Positions 36,619 to 45,874 of a stretch of 51,458 nt of DNA are shown piece after piece. The position numbers and the translations under genes are program-made. Under the pieces are notes generated by a model. It did not search any database. It was not told the DNA's origin and saw only the letters and a list, made by a program, of their open reading frames with translations. Source of the DNA: an uncultured Dehalococcoidales bacterium (GTDB taxonomy: Bacteria > Chloroflexota > Dehalococcoidia > Dehalococcoidales > UBA2162); contig CAYNFT010000002.1 of NCBI GenBank assembly GCA_964396535.1, positions 1 to 51,458 on the forward strand, read 5' to 3'. Within the stretch, counting starts at the first letter, position 1; each line of letters begins with the position of its first letter.

Positions 36619-36750
36619 TGTCCAGTCATGAGTATAAATATTCGATACCGTTCGGATTTTCAGTTCAATTAAGGTAATTACTGACTTTCTCTATATTTAT
36701 GCGGTAATAAAAACGTATCTCTTGCCGTGCTTTATTAATTTAATTCCGGT

Positions 36751-38259
36751 TTAAGTCGTAGCCTTAGCTCTCTCCTCCTGAGACATATTGGCCAGCTTCT
36801 CCACCTCTTTTACGCTAAGACCGAGACCTTCGACGACGTGGCTACCGTATTCTTTGTCCGCTTTATAGAATATTGCTGCTTGGCGAAGCTGAATCCGTTT
36901 CTGAGCATTGCAGAGATGAGTTGTGATATTACCAATTAGATGTTCTCTGTCTTCATCGGTCATGACCCTACGGTATAGCTCTCCTGCCTGGAAGAAATCG
37001 TCGTTGGGATGGTTGTAAGGCTGACGAGCCGCCTGTCCTGAGACATCAAACGAGGGTTCGGCAACATCGGGTGTTGGTTCTGGGCCGCCGAAGCTATTGG
37101 GGTAATAGTTCGGGCCGTCTCCGCTGTTGTCGTCGAGAGCCATGGAACCATCACGCTGGTAGTAGTTCACGCTGGCGGCCTTCGCCCTGTTTATTGGCAG
37201 CAGGTGGTAATTGGGTCCCAGGCGATGAATGTGGGTATCGTGGTAGGAGAAAAGCCTGCCCTGTAATAGTTTATCCGGCGATGCAGCGATTCCGGGGACA
37301 AAATTGGCAGGAGAAAACGCAGCCTGCTCCACTTCCGCAAAGTAATTCTTAGGATTCTTATTAAGCACCATACGACCGATTGTCATCGGCGGATAGTCAG
37401 CGTGGAACCAGACTTTGGTAATATCAAAGGGGTCAAAGCGGTATTTACCAGCTTCCTCTGGGGTCATAATCTGGACTTCAACGCGCCAGGACGGGTAATC
37501 ACCTTTTTCGATGGTATCGTGGAGGTCCCTTGTAGCGTGGTCCGGGTCCTTCCCCTTCATTTCGGTAGCTTCATCACGTGTCAGATTCTGAATACCCTGC
37601 TCCGTCTTGAAGTGATACTGCACCCAGTAGTATTCGCCTTTTTCATTGTACCACTTAAATGTATGACTGCTGTAGCCGTTCATATGGCGAAATGTTCTGG
37701 GTATCCCACGATCAGAAAAGAGAATAGTGACCTGGTGGACAGATTCTGGGGTAAGAGACAGAAAGTCCCAGAACATGTCTGCATCTTTCAGGTTGGTGCC
37801 CGGGTGACGTTTCTGAGTATGAATGAAATCAGGGAATTTCAGCGGGTCACGAATGAAAAAGACGGGGGTATTGTTTCCAGTCATGTCGTAATTACCTTCT
37901 TCAGTATAGAACTTGACTGCGAATCCGCGAGGGTCTCTCTCCGCGTCCGCCGATCCCTTCTCGCCACCCACAGTAGAAAAGCGTACGAAGACATCCGTAC
38001 GTTTACCGATCTCTGATAGGAACTGGGCTCTGGTGAACTTCGTTACATCGGCAGTAACCTCAAAGTATCCGTGTGCACCGGCACCTTTGGCGTGAACCAC
38101 ACGTTCCGGGATGCGTTCCCGGTCGAAATGGCCGAGTTTTTCCAGCAAATGGGTATCCTGCATTAGGATAGGGCCAGGGATTCCAGCGGTTTTGCTGTTC
38201 TGGTCATTATCGACTGGTGCTCCGAAACCGGTTGTATAGGGTTTCTTTTTCTGCGGCAT
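36751..38259 (-). CDS. katA: monofunctional heme catalase (small-subunit type)
   Basis: 502 aa with [22 protein letters not shown] (active-site His) and [17 protein letters not shown] (proximal Tyr signature). GGAGGA RBS. Confidence 0.92.
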   Translation of the reverse strand: MPQKKKPYTTGFGAPVDNDQNSKTAGIPGPILMQDTHLLEKLGHFDRERIPERVVHAKGAGAHGYFEVTADVTKFTRAQFLSEIGKRTDVFVRFSTVGGEKGSADAERDPRGFAVKFYTEEGNYDMTGNNTPVFFIRDPLKFPDFIHTQKRHPGTNLKDADMFWDFLSLTPESVHQVTILFSDRGIPRTFRHMNGYSSHTFKWYNEKGEYYWVQYHFKTEQGIQNLTRDEATEMKGKDPDHATRDLHDTIEKGDYPSWRVEVQIMTPEEAGKYRFDPFDITKVWFHADYPPMTIGRMVLNKNPKNYFAEVEQAAFSPANFVPGIAASPDKLLQGRLFSYHDTHIHRLGPNYHLLPINRAKAASVNYYQRDGSMALDDNSGDGPNYYPNSFGGPEPTPDVAEPSFDVSGQAARQPYNHPNDDFFQAGELYRRVMTDEDREHLIGNITTHLCNAQKRIQLRQAAIFYKADKEYGSHVVEGLGLSVKEVEKLANMSQEERAKATT

Positions 38260-38349
38260 TTCAATCCTCCTTTTCAGGGAATTTTTATCTGAAGTAAGGT
38301 GTTCGGGTATTTTGGGAGGACAATAGTGTATTATATTAACATTGTATTG

Positions 38350-38532
38350 TCAATAATGAATCGAGTAGCAAGCTACCACTAAACGAACATGGGGATGTCG
38401 ACATGACCTTAAGAGTGAAAAGATATTCTTCTCATTCGAAATCAATTTCACATTCTGAGTAATCGTTACCTTCATCGGGCAAGCTTTGTGACCAACTCCC
38501 CGGTGGAAATTAGATTTACCATCAGATTCCAT
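38350..38532 (-). pseudogene. possible internal remnant of the same or a related alcohol dehydrogenase (weak)
   Basis: 60 codons. SDGKSNFHRGVGH...VTITQNVKLIS loosely resembles the DG.SRF...H...YTVV.E..V.KI segment of class III-like ADHs. It ends in ...RHPHVRLVV, encoded by DR2; compare RHPDVRLIV, encoded by DR1. Confidence 0.25.
38380..38399. repeat. direct repeat DR2 flanking the catalase segment
   Basis: TAAACGAACATGGGGATGTC, partner of 36599-36618, 1781 nt apart. Confidence 0.8.
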
Positions 38533-38618
38533 AGTTTTGACAATTAGCCTATGATGGTCTTCCCCTTTCTTGGATGATTCGTCTAAAAGTAGGGTTTTTT
38601 CTTACACTCCCATGTCGT

Positions 38619-39296
38619 TTACGCAATCTCCTCCCGCTGTTTCAGAAAAATCTCAAGACGTGGATTGACTGCCAGCATGTGTTGCCGAACCCTAGACAAT
38701 AGGCTCTTCTTGTCATGCATCTTGTAGATGTGTTCGGGAAACGGCCAATTTACAAAGTCCGTTGCGCCGCTTTTTCGGATAAGTTCTTTCCATGCTGGGG
38801 CCTCATCTGTAACAGATGCTACACGCTTCCGAACGGACTCCGGCGGATCGCCGCGTCTCTCACAGTTCTCTTTTGTCTTTTCCTGTAACTCAGCCCAATT
38901 CTCCATCTCGGTGATGCGGCGTAGCGTAGGATTGAGGACTATAATTTCCGTTTCGCCAAAAGCTGTCGCTACATCTGCAACTGCAAGGGAAGAAAGAAGG
39001 ATGGGTGCGTACACCTCAGTCTTAGCGAGATCGCCTTGAAGACCACTGAAGATAATGCCTTGCCATTCTCCGCGCACAGTGAAGAAGAGTACCTTTCCTT
39101 TGGGGGACCATTCGACTCGTTCTTTCCAGTAGCAGGGGATTTCTTGAACTGTATCTCCGAGCGTACGAAGCATAGATTGAAGATCGTCGCGAAATTTAGG
39201 CGGAGCATACAGCTTATCATCATGGTCGCGAGGGCCGTCTTCGCGCAAACGGTAGGAATCAAGTTTTACCAAGTCGTCCCTCAGTAGGGCAGACAA
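38619..39296 (-). CDS. hypothetical protein (start uncertain, possibly truncated)
   Basis: 225 aa. The tracked start is a TTG directly after an in-frame TGA, with no visible RBS. I recognise no motif. Confidence 0.45.
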   Translation of the reverse strand: MSALLRDDLVKLDSYRLREDGPRDHDDKLYAPPKFRDDLQSMLRTLGDTVQEIPCYWKERVEWSPKGKVLFFTVRGEWQGIIFSGLQGDLAKTEVYAPILLSSLAVADVATAFGETEIIVLNPTLRRITEMENWAELQEKTKENCERRGDPPESVRKRVASVTDEAPAWKELIRKSGATDFVNWPFPEHIYKMHDKKSLLSRVRQHMLAVNPRLEIFLKQREEIA

Positions 39297-39404
39297 AGGG
39301 CTTCATTGACATTGAGTTAGCCCAATTCTAAAATGAACACTAGAGGAGGCAAGAGTGTTAGCGCTATGAGGCACAGGGGCAAATATGATTCGAGATATTG
39401 AAGA

Positions 39405-39482
39405 TGGTCGGGGTGAGAGGACTTGAACCTCCGAACCTCTGCGTCCCGAACGCAGCGCTCTACCCAACTGAGCTACACCCCG
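39405..39482 (-). tRNA. tRNA-Pro (anticodon CGG), CCA encoded
   Basis: The minus strand reads CGGGGTG TA GCTC AGTTGGGTA GAGC G CTGCG TTCGGGA CGCAG AGGTTC GGAGG TTCAAGT CCTCT CACCCCG ACCA. The C1-G72 pair and GGAGG/CCTCT T stem are as in bacterial tRNA-Pro. The variable loop appears to be 6 nt. Confidence 0.85.
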
Positions 39483-39527
39483 ATTATTAAATTATTGGCT
39501 TGAATTTTTATTCCATAATATCAACTT

Positions 39528-39571
39528 CAGTGTCCCGAACGTGGCGCGCTACCCAACTGCGCTACGCCCCG
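39528..39571 (-). pseudogene. truncated tRNA-Pro(CGG) 5' piece, copy B
   Basis: CGGGGCG TA GCGC AGTTGGGTA GCGC G CCACG TTCGGGA CACTG, then non-tRNA sequence AAGTTGATATTATGG. The anticodon stem is degenerate. Confidence 0.75.
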
Positions 39572-39595
39572 ACTTTTATGCTATAATATCAACCG

Positions 39596-39639
39596 CAGCG
39601 TCCCGAACGCTGCGCGCTATCCAACTGCGCTACGCCCCG
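39596..39639 (-). pseudogene. truncated tRNA-Pro(CGG) 5' piece, copy A
   Basis: CGGGGCG TA GCGC AGTTGGATA GCGC G CAGCG TTCGGGA CGCTG, then CGGTTGATATTATAG. It sits 68 nt from copy B. Confidence 0.8.
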
Positions 39640-39681
39640 CTGGCGATATTATAAACGGATTTCACCTCTTCAGCAAGGATA

Positions 39682-39908
39682 GGGAGAGTTATGGAGAGGC
39701 GTAGCTTCTAAATAAGTAGTTCTCCTCGTCAGTTGCAGGAGAGACCTAAAAAGGGGAGTGAAAGAGGGGCGAAGTTTCTCAAGTAATGGGGAGTTACAGA
39801 GAGGTGAAACCTATCTAGCAATGGGGAGTTGAAGAGGTGCTTAGCCCCTCTTTCAAAAACTCCTTCCCCTTCCCCTTATTAAGGGGAAGGGGATACAGGG
39901 GATGGGGT
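39682..39908. repeat. modular intergenic repeat, copy R9 (largest composite: about 4 M2-type modules + M1)
   Basis: M2-type units are GGGAGAGTTATGGAGAGGC.., GGGGAGTGAAAGAGGGGCgaaG.., GGGGAGTTACAGAGAGGT.. and GGGGAGTTGAAGAGGTGCttaGCCCCTCTTTC. Then comes CTTCCCCTTCCCCTT-att-AAGGGGAAGGGGATACAGGGGATGGGGT. It ends 12 nt before ATG 39921. Confidence 0.85.
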
Positions 39909-39920
39909 TTTATAGATAAG

Positions 39921-41111
39921 ATGAAATACTGTGTTGTTATTATGGATGGTGCTTCTGGTTTGCCGCTGCCTGAGCGTGGTGGGAAGACCTGTCTGGAACT
40001 GGCGCGCACTCCAAACCTGGATGCTATGGCGCAGGAGGGTATTCTGGGGATGGTGCGCACCATACCTCCGGGGATGGAGCCTTCAAGTGCCAATGCCTGT
40101 ATGTCTTTGCTGGGTTATGACCCGCAGGTCCACCGTTTAGGTCGGGCTGCCATTGAGGCTAGGAGTATGAATATACCAATAGGTGATGGGGAGGTTGTTT
40201 TTCGCTGCAATCTGGTTAATACCGAGGGTGGCATTATGAAAGATTACAGTGGTGGGCATATAAGTCAGCAGGAGGCTCAAGCAAATATTGAAGCCCTTAA
40301 TGAGCACTTGGGTAGTGAAATGGTGGAGTTCTACCCCGGTGTCAGTTATCGGCACATACTAAAGATAAGAGGTAATAAAAATGTCCTTGGAGCAAAATGC
40401 ACCCCACCCCATGATATCGCCGAAAAACCTATTAATGAATATTTGCCTCACGGTGACGGGAGTGAGTTGATACTCGACCTGATGAGGCGCTCAGAGGAAG
40501 TCATTAAGGGACTTCAGGTTAACAAAGACCGTACGGTTCGTGGTGAGATTGCTCCTACCGGTATCTGGCTCTTCTGGGGTAGTGGCAAGGGGGCTGATAT
40601 ACCTGCCTTCAAGCAGGTCTACGGACTTGATGCGGTGGTAACATCGGCGGTGGATGTTATTCGGGGCTTAGCTCGTATGATGGGGATGGGTGTGCTGGAG
40701 ATACCTGGTGTGACGGATGGTCTGGATAATGATTTTGCCGGACAAGCCACCGGCGCTCTGACAGCACTTGAAGAGCATGATTTAGTAGTCATTCATATTG
40801 AGGCGACGGATGAGGTGGCTCATGCTGGTTCGATTGATGAGAAGGTAGATGCTATCCAGAGAACAGATAGCGAGGCTGTCAGCCGGCTGAGCGCCTGGAG
40901 AGGAGATGCCTTGCGGGTGCTGGTTATGCCCGACCACCCCACACCAATTGCAATCCGGACCCACAGCCCCGACCCTGTTCCCTTTGTGCTATGGGGGGAG
41001 GGATTTACTTCTAACGGGGCTATGAGGTTCACCGAAGCCGGGGCAGCCAAAACTGGCTTGTATATTGACCCTGGTTATAATATTATGGGTAGATTGGTAG
41101 GAAGAGGATAG
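39921..41111 (+). CDS. apgM: cofactor-independent phosphoglycerate mutase family protein, archaeal ApgM type (family also proposed as a non-canonical homoserine kinase)
   Basis: MKYCVVIMDGASGLP...TPNLDAMA, and a metal-site region HIEATDEVAHAG...MPDHPTP. The start is trimmed from the tracked 39837 because the first 28 codons translate repeat R9. Confidence 0.8.
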   Translation: MKYCVVIMDGASGLPLPERGGKTCLELARTPNLDAMAQEGILGMVRTIPPGMEPSSANACMSLLGYDPQVHRLGRAAIEARSMNIPIGDGEVVFRCNLVNTEGGIMKDYSGGHISQQEAQANIEALNEHLGSEMVEFYPGVSYRHILKIRGNKNVLGAKCTPPHDIAEKPINEYLPHGDGSELILDLMRRSEEVIKGLQVNKDRTVRGEIAPTGIWLFWGSGKGADIPAFKQVYGLDAVVTSAVDVIRGLARMMGMGVLEIPGVTDGLDNDFAGQATGALTALEEHDLVVIHIEATDEVAHAGSIDEKVDAIQRTDSEAVSRLSAWRGDALRVLVMPDHPTPIAIRTHSPDPVPFVLWGEGFTSNGAMRFTEAGAAKTGLYIDPGYNIMGRLVGRG

Positions 41112-41114
41112 TAA

Positions 41115-42335
41115 ATGGCTTTAATAGTACAGAAGTACGGTGGTTCGTCGGTAGCGGATGCTGATAAGATTAAGAACGTGGCCCTGCGGATAGCGGCTAC
41201 CAAGGATAAGGGTAATCAGGTGGTGGTGGTCGTCTCGGCGATGGGTAATACCACCGACGAGCTAATCAAGCTGGCTTACCGGGTTTCCGAGCAGCCTGAT
41301 GGCCGTGAACTGGATGCTCTGGTATCCACGGGCGAGGTTGTCTCCAGCACCCTGCTGGCTATGGCGCTTGAAGCCATGGGCTGCGAAGCAATAAGCCTTA
41401 GCGGCGCCCAGGCAGGGATAAGAACGGATGCTACTTATCGTCAGGCGCGTATCCTGAAGGTTGAATCAAGGCGGGTGGTCAAGGAACTGGAGAAAGGGAA
41501 TATCGTCATTGTGGCTGGTTTCCAGGGTATTACCGAGGAGATGGATGTAACCACCCTGGGCAGGGGGGCTTCTGATACCAGCGCGGTGGCTCTGGCTGCC
41601 AGCCTGGGAGCGGAGGTATGCCAGATTTACACCGATGTTAAAGGCGTCTATACCGCTGACCCGCGCCTTGTTCCTGAGGCGCAACGGCTATCTGAGATTG
41701 GCTATGAGGAGATGCTGGAACTGGCCAGCTATGGAGCCAAGGTGATGCACTCCCGGGCAGTTGAGCTGGGAGAACTGTTTAATATTCCTATTCTGGTAGC
41801 CTCCAGCTTCACTGATAGCCCGGGAACATTAATTCATGGAGGGGCATCTATGGAAGTGCGAAATAAGGTGAAGAGTATAGCCCACGACCTGGATGTGGCT
41901 AAGATAACGGTAGTTGGCGTTCCTGACCGGCCAGGTATTGCCGCAGCTATCTTTGAACCATTGGCCAAGGCGAATATTAGTGTCGATACTATTGTTCAGA
42001 ACGCCAGTATCGAGAATATTACCGATTTAACCTTTACTGTGGCTAAAAGCCAAGTAACAAGGGCACTGGACGTAGTAAAACCTATCAGCGAATCAATCGA
42101 CGCCAGGGAATGTGTCAGTGACTCCAAACTGGGCAAGGTTAGTATCATCGGCACCGGGATGCAGAATGCTCCCGGCTATGCGGCCCGGATGTTCAGGACA
42201 CTCAGTGAGCAGGGCATAAATATTCAGCTTATCTCCACCTCGGAGATAAGAATAACCTGCATTATTGATGAGTCCAGGATTAAAGATGCGGTTCGTGCTT
42301 TACATCGGGCATTTGAGCTGGATATGGAGGGATAG
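41115..42335 (+). CDS. lysC: aspartate kinase
   Basis: 406 aa with IVQKYGGSSVADADKIKNVA, VVVSAMGNTTDELI and two C-terminal ACT domains. Confidence 0.9.
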   Translation: MALIVQKYGGSSVADADKIKNVALRIAATKDKGNQVVVVVSAMGNTTDELIKLAYRVSEQPDGRELDALVSTGEVVSSTLLAMALEAMGCEAISLSGAQAGIRTDATYRQARILKVESRRVVKELEKGNIVIVAGFQGITEEMDVTTLGRGASDTSAVALAASLGAEVCQIYTDVKGVYTADPRLVPEAQRLSEIGYEEMLELASYGAKVMHSRAVELGELFNIPILVASSFTDSPGTLIHGGASMEVRNKVKSIAHDLDVAKITVVGVPDRPGIAAAIFEPLAKANISVDTIVQNASIENITDLTFTVAKSQVTRALDVVKPISESIDARECVSDSKLGKVSIIGTGMQNAPGYAARMFRTLSEQGINIQLISTSEIRITCIIDESRIKDAVRALHRAFELDMEG

Positions 42336-42491
42336 GGCAGCAGGCCAAAGTGGATAGTGTATTCATCTCCCCGTATTTTGAAGGCTTCCCTTCAACTTTC
42401 TTCGGGAAGATAATTTCGTTAGCAGGGTTTAGCCCCGTTAAATTTTCTAAAAAATTTTTAATAACTAGGGGTTTTTGCCCTTCTAAAAACA

Positions 42492-42520
42492 TTGACTTTT
42501 TACACCGTTTTTACTAGAGT
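42492..42520 (+). promoter_or_regulatory. candidate promoter for the TPR-gyrA unit
   Basis: TTGACT at 42492-42497, a 17-nt spacer, and TAGAGT at 42515-42520. Confidence 0.3.
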
Positions 42521-42559
42521 ACCATACTGGTTAGGACTAATTACAAAGGGGAGTGCGGG

Positions 42560-43387
42560 ATGTCATATCGTGAAGAGGAACGAACAAGACTAAGACGGCA
42601 GTCGAGCAAGCAGGCTATTGCCTTAGCTATGGAGGGTCGGTGGAGGGAAGCGGTAGCGGCTAATAAGAGCCTAATAGAGAGCTTCCCCAATGATGTTGAT
42701 GCCTATAACCGTTTGGGTAGAGCCCATATGGAACTGGGGGAGTATTCTCTGTCAAGGGAAGCCTACGAAAAAGCTATAGAACTTGACCCTTATAATACCA
42801 TTGCCAGTAAGAATCTTAATCGCTTATCCCATTTGGGAGAGACGGTGGTTAGTTCAGAGGACGGTTTTTATAAAGTGGAGCCACAGCAGTTTATTGAGGA
42901 AGTGGGTAAGGCGGGGGTGGTTGAACTTCATCGCCTGGCGCCACCAGAGATACTGGCCAGAACGGTGGCTGGAGGCAGGGTAAATCTTAGGGTAGAGGGT
43001 CCGCGTTTGATAGCGGAGAACAGCCGTAGGGAGTATCTGGGCTACGTCGAGCCTAAGCATGGACAGCGGCTTATTAAGTTAATGGAGGGAGGTAATAAAT
43101 ATACGGCGGCTATCGTCAGCTCAACGGAAGAGGCAGTAACTGTCATCATTAGAGAAGTATATCAGCACCCCAGTCAGGCAGGACGACCTTCCTTTCCCTC
43201 AAGGGGCCCTGAGGGTTTTCAGCCTTATGTTGCTGATAGAATAGGCGATAGAATAATTAGGCGTAAGCTTGAGTATGAGGAGGCATTGCCCGAAGAATCT
43301 GGCTATGCTATAGTAGGCGGAGAGGATATAGAGTTATTGTCTGATGAATCTGATGATATTGATGATGAGGATGATATTGGCGAATAG
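42560..43387 (+). CDS. TPR-repeat protein with acidic C-terminal tail
   Basis: 275 aa. TPR-like helices appear in AIALAMEGRWREAVAANKSLIESFPNDVDAYNRLGRAHMELGEYSLSREAYEKAIELDPYN. The tail reads SDESDDIDDEDDIGE. Confidence 0.65.
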   Translation: MSYREEERTRLRRQSSKQAIALAMEGRWREAVAANKSLIESFPNDVDAYNRLGRAHMELGEYSLSREAYEKAIELDPYNTIASKNLNRLSHLGETVVSSEDGFYKVEPQQFIEEVGKAGVVELHRLAPPEILARTVAGGRVNLRVEGPRLIAENSRREYLGYVEPKHGQRLIKLMEGGNKYTAAIVSSTEEAVTVIIREVYQHPSQAGRPSFPSRGPEGFQPYVADRIGDRIIRRKLEYEEALPEESGYAIVGGEDIELLSDESDDIDDEDDIGE

Positions 43388-43402
43388 GAGGTTCAGCCGA
43401 GT

Positions 43403-45847
43403 ATGGTTTTAGGGAAGACCAAACCCGTAAACATCGAAGATGAAATGCGGAGCTCTTATCTTGACTACGCGATGAGTGTCATCGTTTCCCGTGCTCTGCC
43501 TGATGTGCGGGATGGCTTGAAGCCGGTACAGCGACGCATTCTCTATGCTATGGGTGACATGGGGATTAACCATACTGGCTCTCATAAGAAGAGTGCCCGC
43601 ATTGTTGGCGAGGTGTTAGGTAAGTATCATCCTCATGGTGACAGCTCTGTTTATGATGCGATGGTGCGCATGGCGCAGGATTTCTCAATGCGATATGTTC
43701 TGGTTGACGGACAGGGTAATTTTGGCAGCGTGGATAATGACCCCCCGGCAGCAATGCGTTATACCGAGGCTCGCCTAACCGAGCTTGCTGGACAGATGTT
43801 AGCTGACATTGACAAGGAGACTGTCAACTTCGTGCCCAACTTTGATGATAGCCTTCAGGAACCCTCAGTCCTACCCACTCAGTTGCCCAATTTGCTGCTT
43901 AATGGTAGTTCTGGGATTGCGGTGGGGATGGCGACCAATATTCCCCCCCATAACCTAGGTGAGGTATGTGATGCTATCTCCTATCTCATTGATAACTCGG
44001 GAGCTACGGTTGATGAGCTTACCCAGTTTATCAAGGGACCCGATTTCCCTACCGCTGGTATTATATTAGGCCAGGAGGGAATTAAGAGTGCCTATGCTAC
44101 CGGGCATGGCAGGATAGTGGTTCAGGCTAAGGATTATATTACAGAGGCTTCCGAGACTGGACGTAGCCAGATAGTGGTTGTCGAGCTTCCTTATCAGACT
44201 AATAAGGCGGCTCTGGTGGAGAGAATAGCTGACCTGGTTGCCAGCAAGAAAATCACGGGCATCAGTGAGCTTCGGGATGAGTCGGACCGTCAGGGTATGC
44301 GTATTGTTATTGAACTAAAGAGGGAAGCTCAACCCCAGCAGGTGCGGAACAGCCTGTATAAACATACTGCCATGAAGTCGGCTTTCTTTGTTAACATGCT
44401 GGCACTGGTTGATGGCCAGCCCCGGGTGATTGGCCTTAAAGAGGCGCTTCAGCATTATATAGATTTCCGTCGTGAGGTGATTACTCGGCGCTCCAGGTTT
44501 GAGCTGAAAGGGGCTAAAGCTAGGGCTCATATCCTGGAAGGATTAAGAATCGCACTGGACCAGATAGATAAGGTGATTGCTACTATCCGCAAATCCGAAA
44601 CTGCCGAGAAGGCTCGCCAGAGCCTGATGACGGACTTTGGCTTGACCCAGATTCAGGCGCAGGCAATTCTTGATATGCAGTTGCGCCGGCTGGCTAACCT
44701 TGAGCGGCAAAAGGTGTTTGACGAGTATACCGAGGTTTTGAAAAGCATTTCTTACCTGGAAGACCTTCTGGCTAATCCCAGAAGAGTGCTTCTTCTGATA
44801 AGGGATGAAGTGAAGGAATTAAAGTCTAAGTATGGTGACCCCAGGCGAACCGAAATAAGTGCGCAGGGAGAGGTGGTCTTCCAAGAGGAAGACCTTATCC
44901 CCCATCAACGAGTGGTGGTGACGCTCAGTAATAGGGGATTTGTTAAAAGGGTGCCATCCCAACTCTACACGTTGCAGCATCGTGGTGGGAAGGGTATCAC
45001 TGCTTTTCCAACCAGGGAGAATGATGCGGCCAGGCTTCTGGTAGTGGCTGATACTCATGATAGCCTCCTCTTCTTCACCAACAGGGGCAGGGTTTTCCGT
45101 CTCAAATGTTATGAAATCCCCGCTGGTAGCTCAAGAACGGCTAAAGGGCTGGCGGTGATTAATCTTCTCCCTGTTGTTGAGGATGAGAGGGTAACTGATA
45201 TAGTATCCGTGACCGATTTTACGCCGGATACCTACCTGCTGCTGGCGACTCGCCGCGGTGAGATAAAAAAGACGGCTTCAGACAAGTTTGTTGTGGTGCG
45301 CAGTAGCGGGCTTATCGCTATGGATGTGGAGGAAGGAGATGAGCTGGTGGAAGCACGGTTAGCTACCGACAAGGACGATGTGATGATGATAACTCAAAAA
45401 GGGCAGTCAATCCGGTTTGCTGTATCCAGTCTACGGGCTAGCTTAAGAACCAGCGGTGGAGTAAGTGGGATTCGGCTGGCCTCAGATGACCAGGTAATTG
45501 GCATGGAAGTTGCCTATCCCAAGGACTTCCTTTTAGTTGTTACTGCCAACGGCTTTGGTAAGCTCACTCCAATCAGTAGCTACCCCCGTCAAAAACGCGC
45601 TGGCAGTGGGGTCAGGACTTTTAAGCTTACTGAGAAGACGGATAAAGTGGCTGCTGCCAAGCTTACTTCTCTATCTCAGCAGGTTATGATTATCTCTGCT
45701 GATGGCATTGTTATCCGCACTCCAGCCAAAGAGAAAGACCCCACGAAGGGGATTACCATACAGGGCAGGAGCACCCAGGGGGTGAAACTGATGAAGCTTG
45801 GTGAGGGGGATAGTGTGGTTGCCCTCACCTGCTTTGACGCAACTTAA
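43403..45847 (+). CDS. gyrA: DNA gyrase subunit A
   Basis: 814 aa with [30 protein letters not shown], the catalytic Tyr region [10 protein letters not shown] and C-terminal beta-pinwheel repeats. Confidence 0.95.
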   Translation: MVLGKTKPVNIEDEMRSSYLDYAMSVIVSRALPDVRDGLKPVQRRILYAMGDMGINHTGSHKKSARIVGEVLGKYHPHGDSSVYDAMVRMAQDFSMRYVLVDGQGNFGSVDNDPPAAMRYTEARLTELAGQMLADIDKETVNFVPNFDDSLQEPSVLPTQLPNLLLNGSSGIAVGMATNIPPHNLGEVCDAISYLIDNSGATVDELTQFIKGPDFPTAGIILGQEGIKSAYATGHGRIVVQAKDYITEASETGRSQIVVVELPYQTNKAALVERIADLVASKKITGISELRDESDRQGMRIVIELKREAQPQQVRNSLYKHTAMKSAFFVNMLALVDGQPRVIGLKEALQHYIDFRREVITRRSRFELKGAKARAHILEGLRIALDQIDKVIATIRKSETAEKARQSLMTDFGLTQIQAQAILDMQLRRLANLERQKVFDEYTEVLKSISYLEDLLANPRRVLLLIRDEVKELKSKYGDPRRTEISAQGEVVFQEEDLIPHQRVVVTLSNRGFVKRVPSQLYTLQHRGGKGITAFPTRENDAARLLVVADTHDSLLFFTNRGRVFRLKCYEIPAGSSRTAKGLAVINLLPVVEDERVTDIVSVTDFTPDTYLLLATRRGEIKKTASDKFVVVRSSGLIAMDVEEGDELVEARLATDKDDVMMITQKGQSIRFAVSSLRASLRTSGGVSGIRLASDDQVIGMEVAYPKDFLLVVTANGFGKLTPISSYPRQKRAGSGVRTFKLTEKTDKVAAAKLTSLSQQVMIISADGIVIRTPAKEKDPTKGITIQGRSTQGVKLMKLGEGDSVVALTCFDAT

Positions 45848-45874
45848 TTTAGCTTCTAGTTTATACGTGCAAGC

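Noticed and set aside
38619-39296. The 225-aa island ORF as a recombinase or integrase responsible for the tRNA-Pro disruption.
   Set aside because: No tyrosine or serine recombinase motif pattern (R..H-x-x-R..Y, or an N-terminal catalytic Ser) is visible. The start codon context is poor, so it remains a plain hypothetical.
39483-39639. Possible CRISPR-like array (a 68-nt periodic repeat), and the M1/M2 repeats elsewhere.
   Set aside because: There are only two units, and their content is tRNA-derived. The M1/M2 copies are dispersed, variable and not separated by uniform unique spacers. No cas genes are present, so this is not a CRISPR.
42336-42559. The 224-nt lysC-TPR intergenic region, considered as a riboswitch or small RNA.
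   Set aside because: I see only a weak 6-bp hairpin (CTTCCC...GGGAAG) and a plausible promoter. No conserved riboswitch core that I can recognise by eye is present. A covariance-model scan (Rfam) would be needed to say more.
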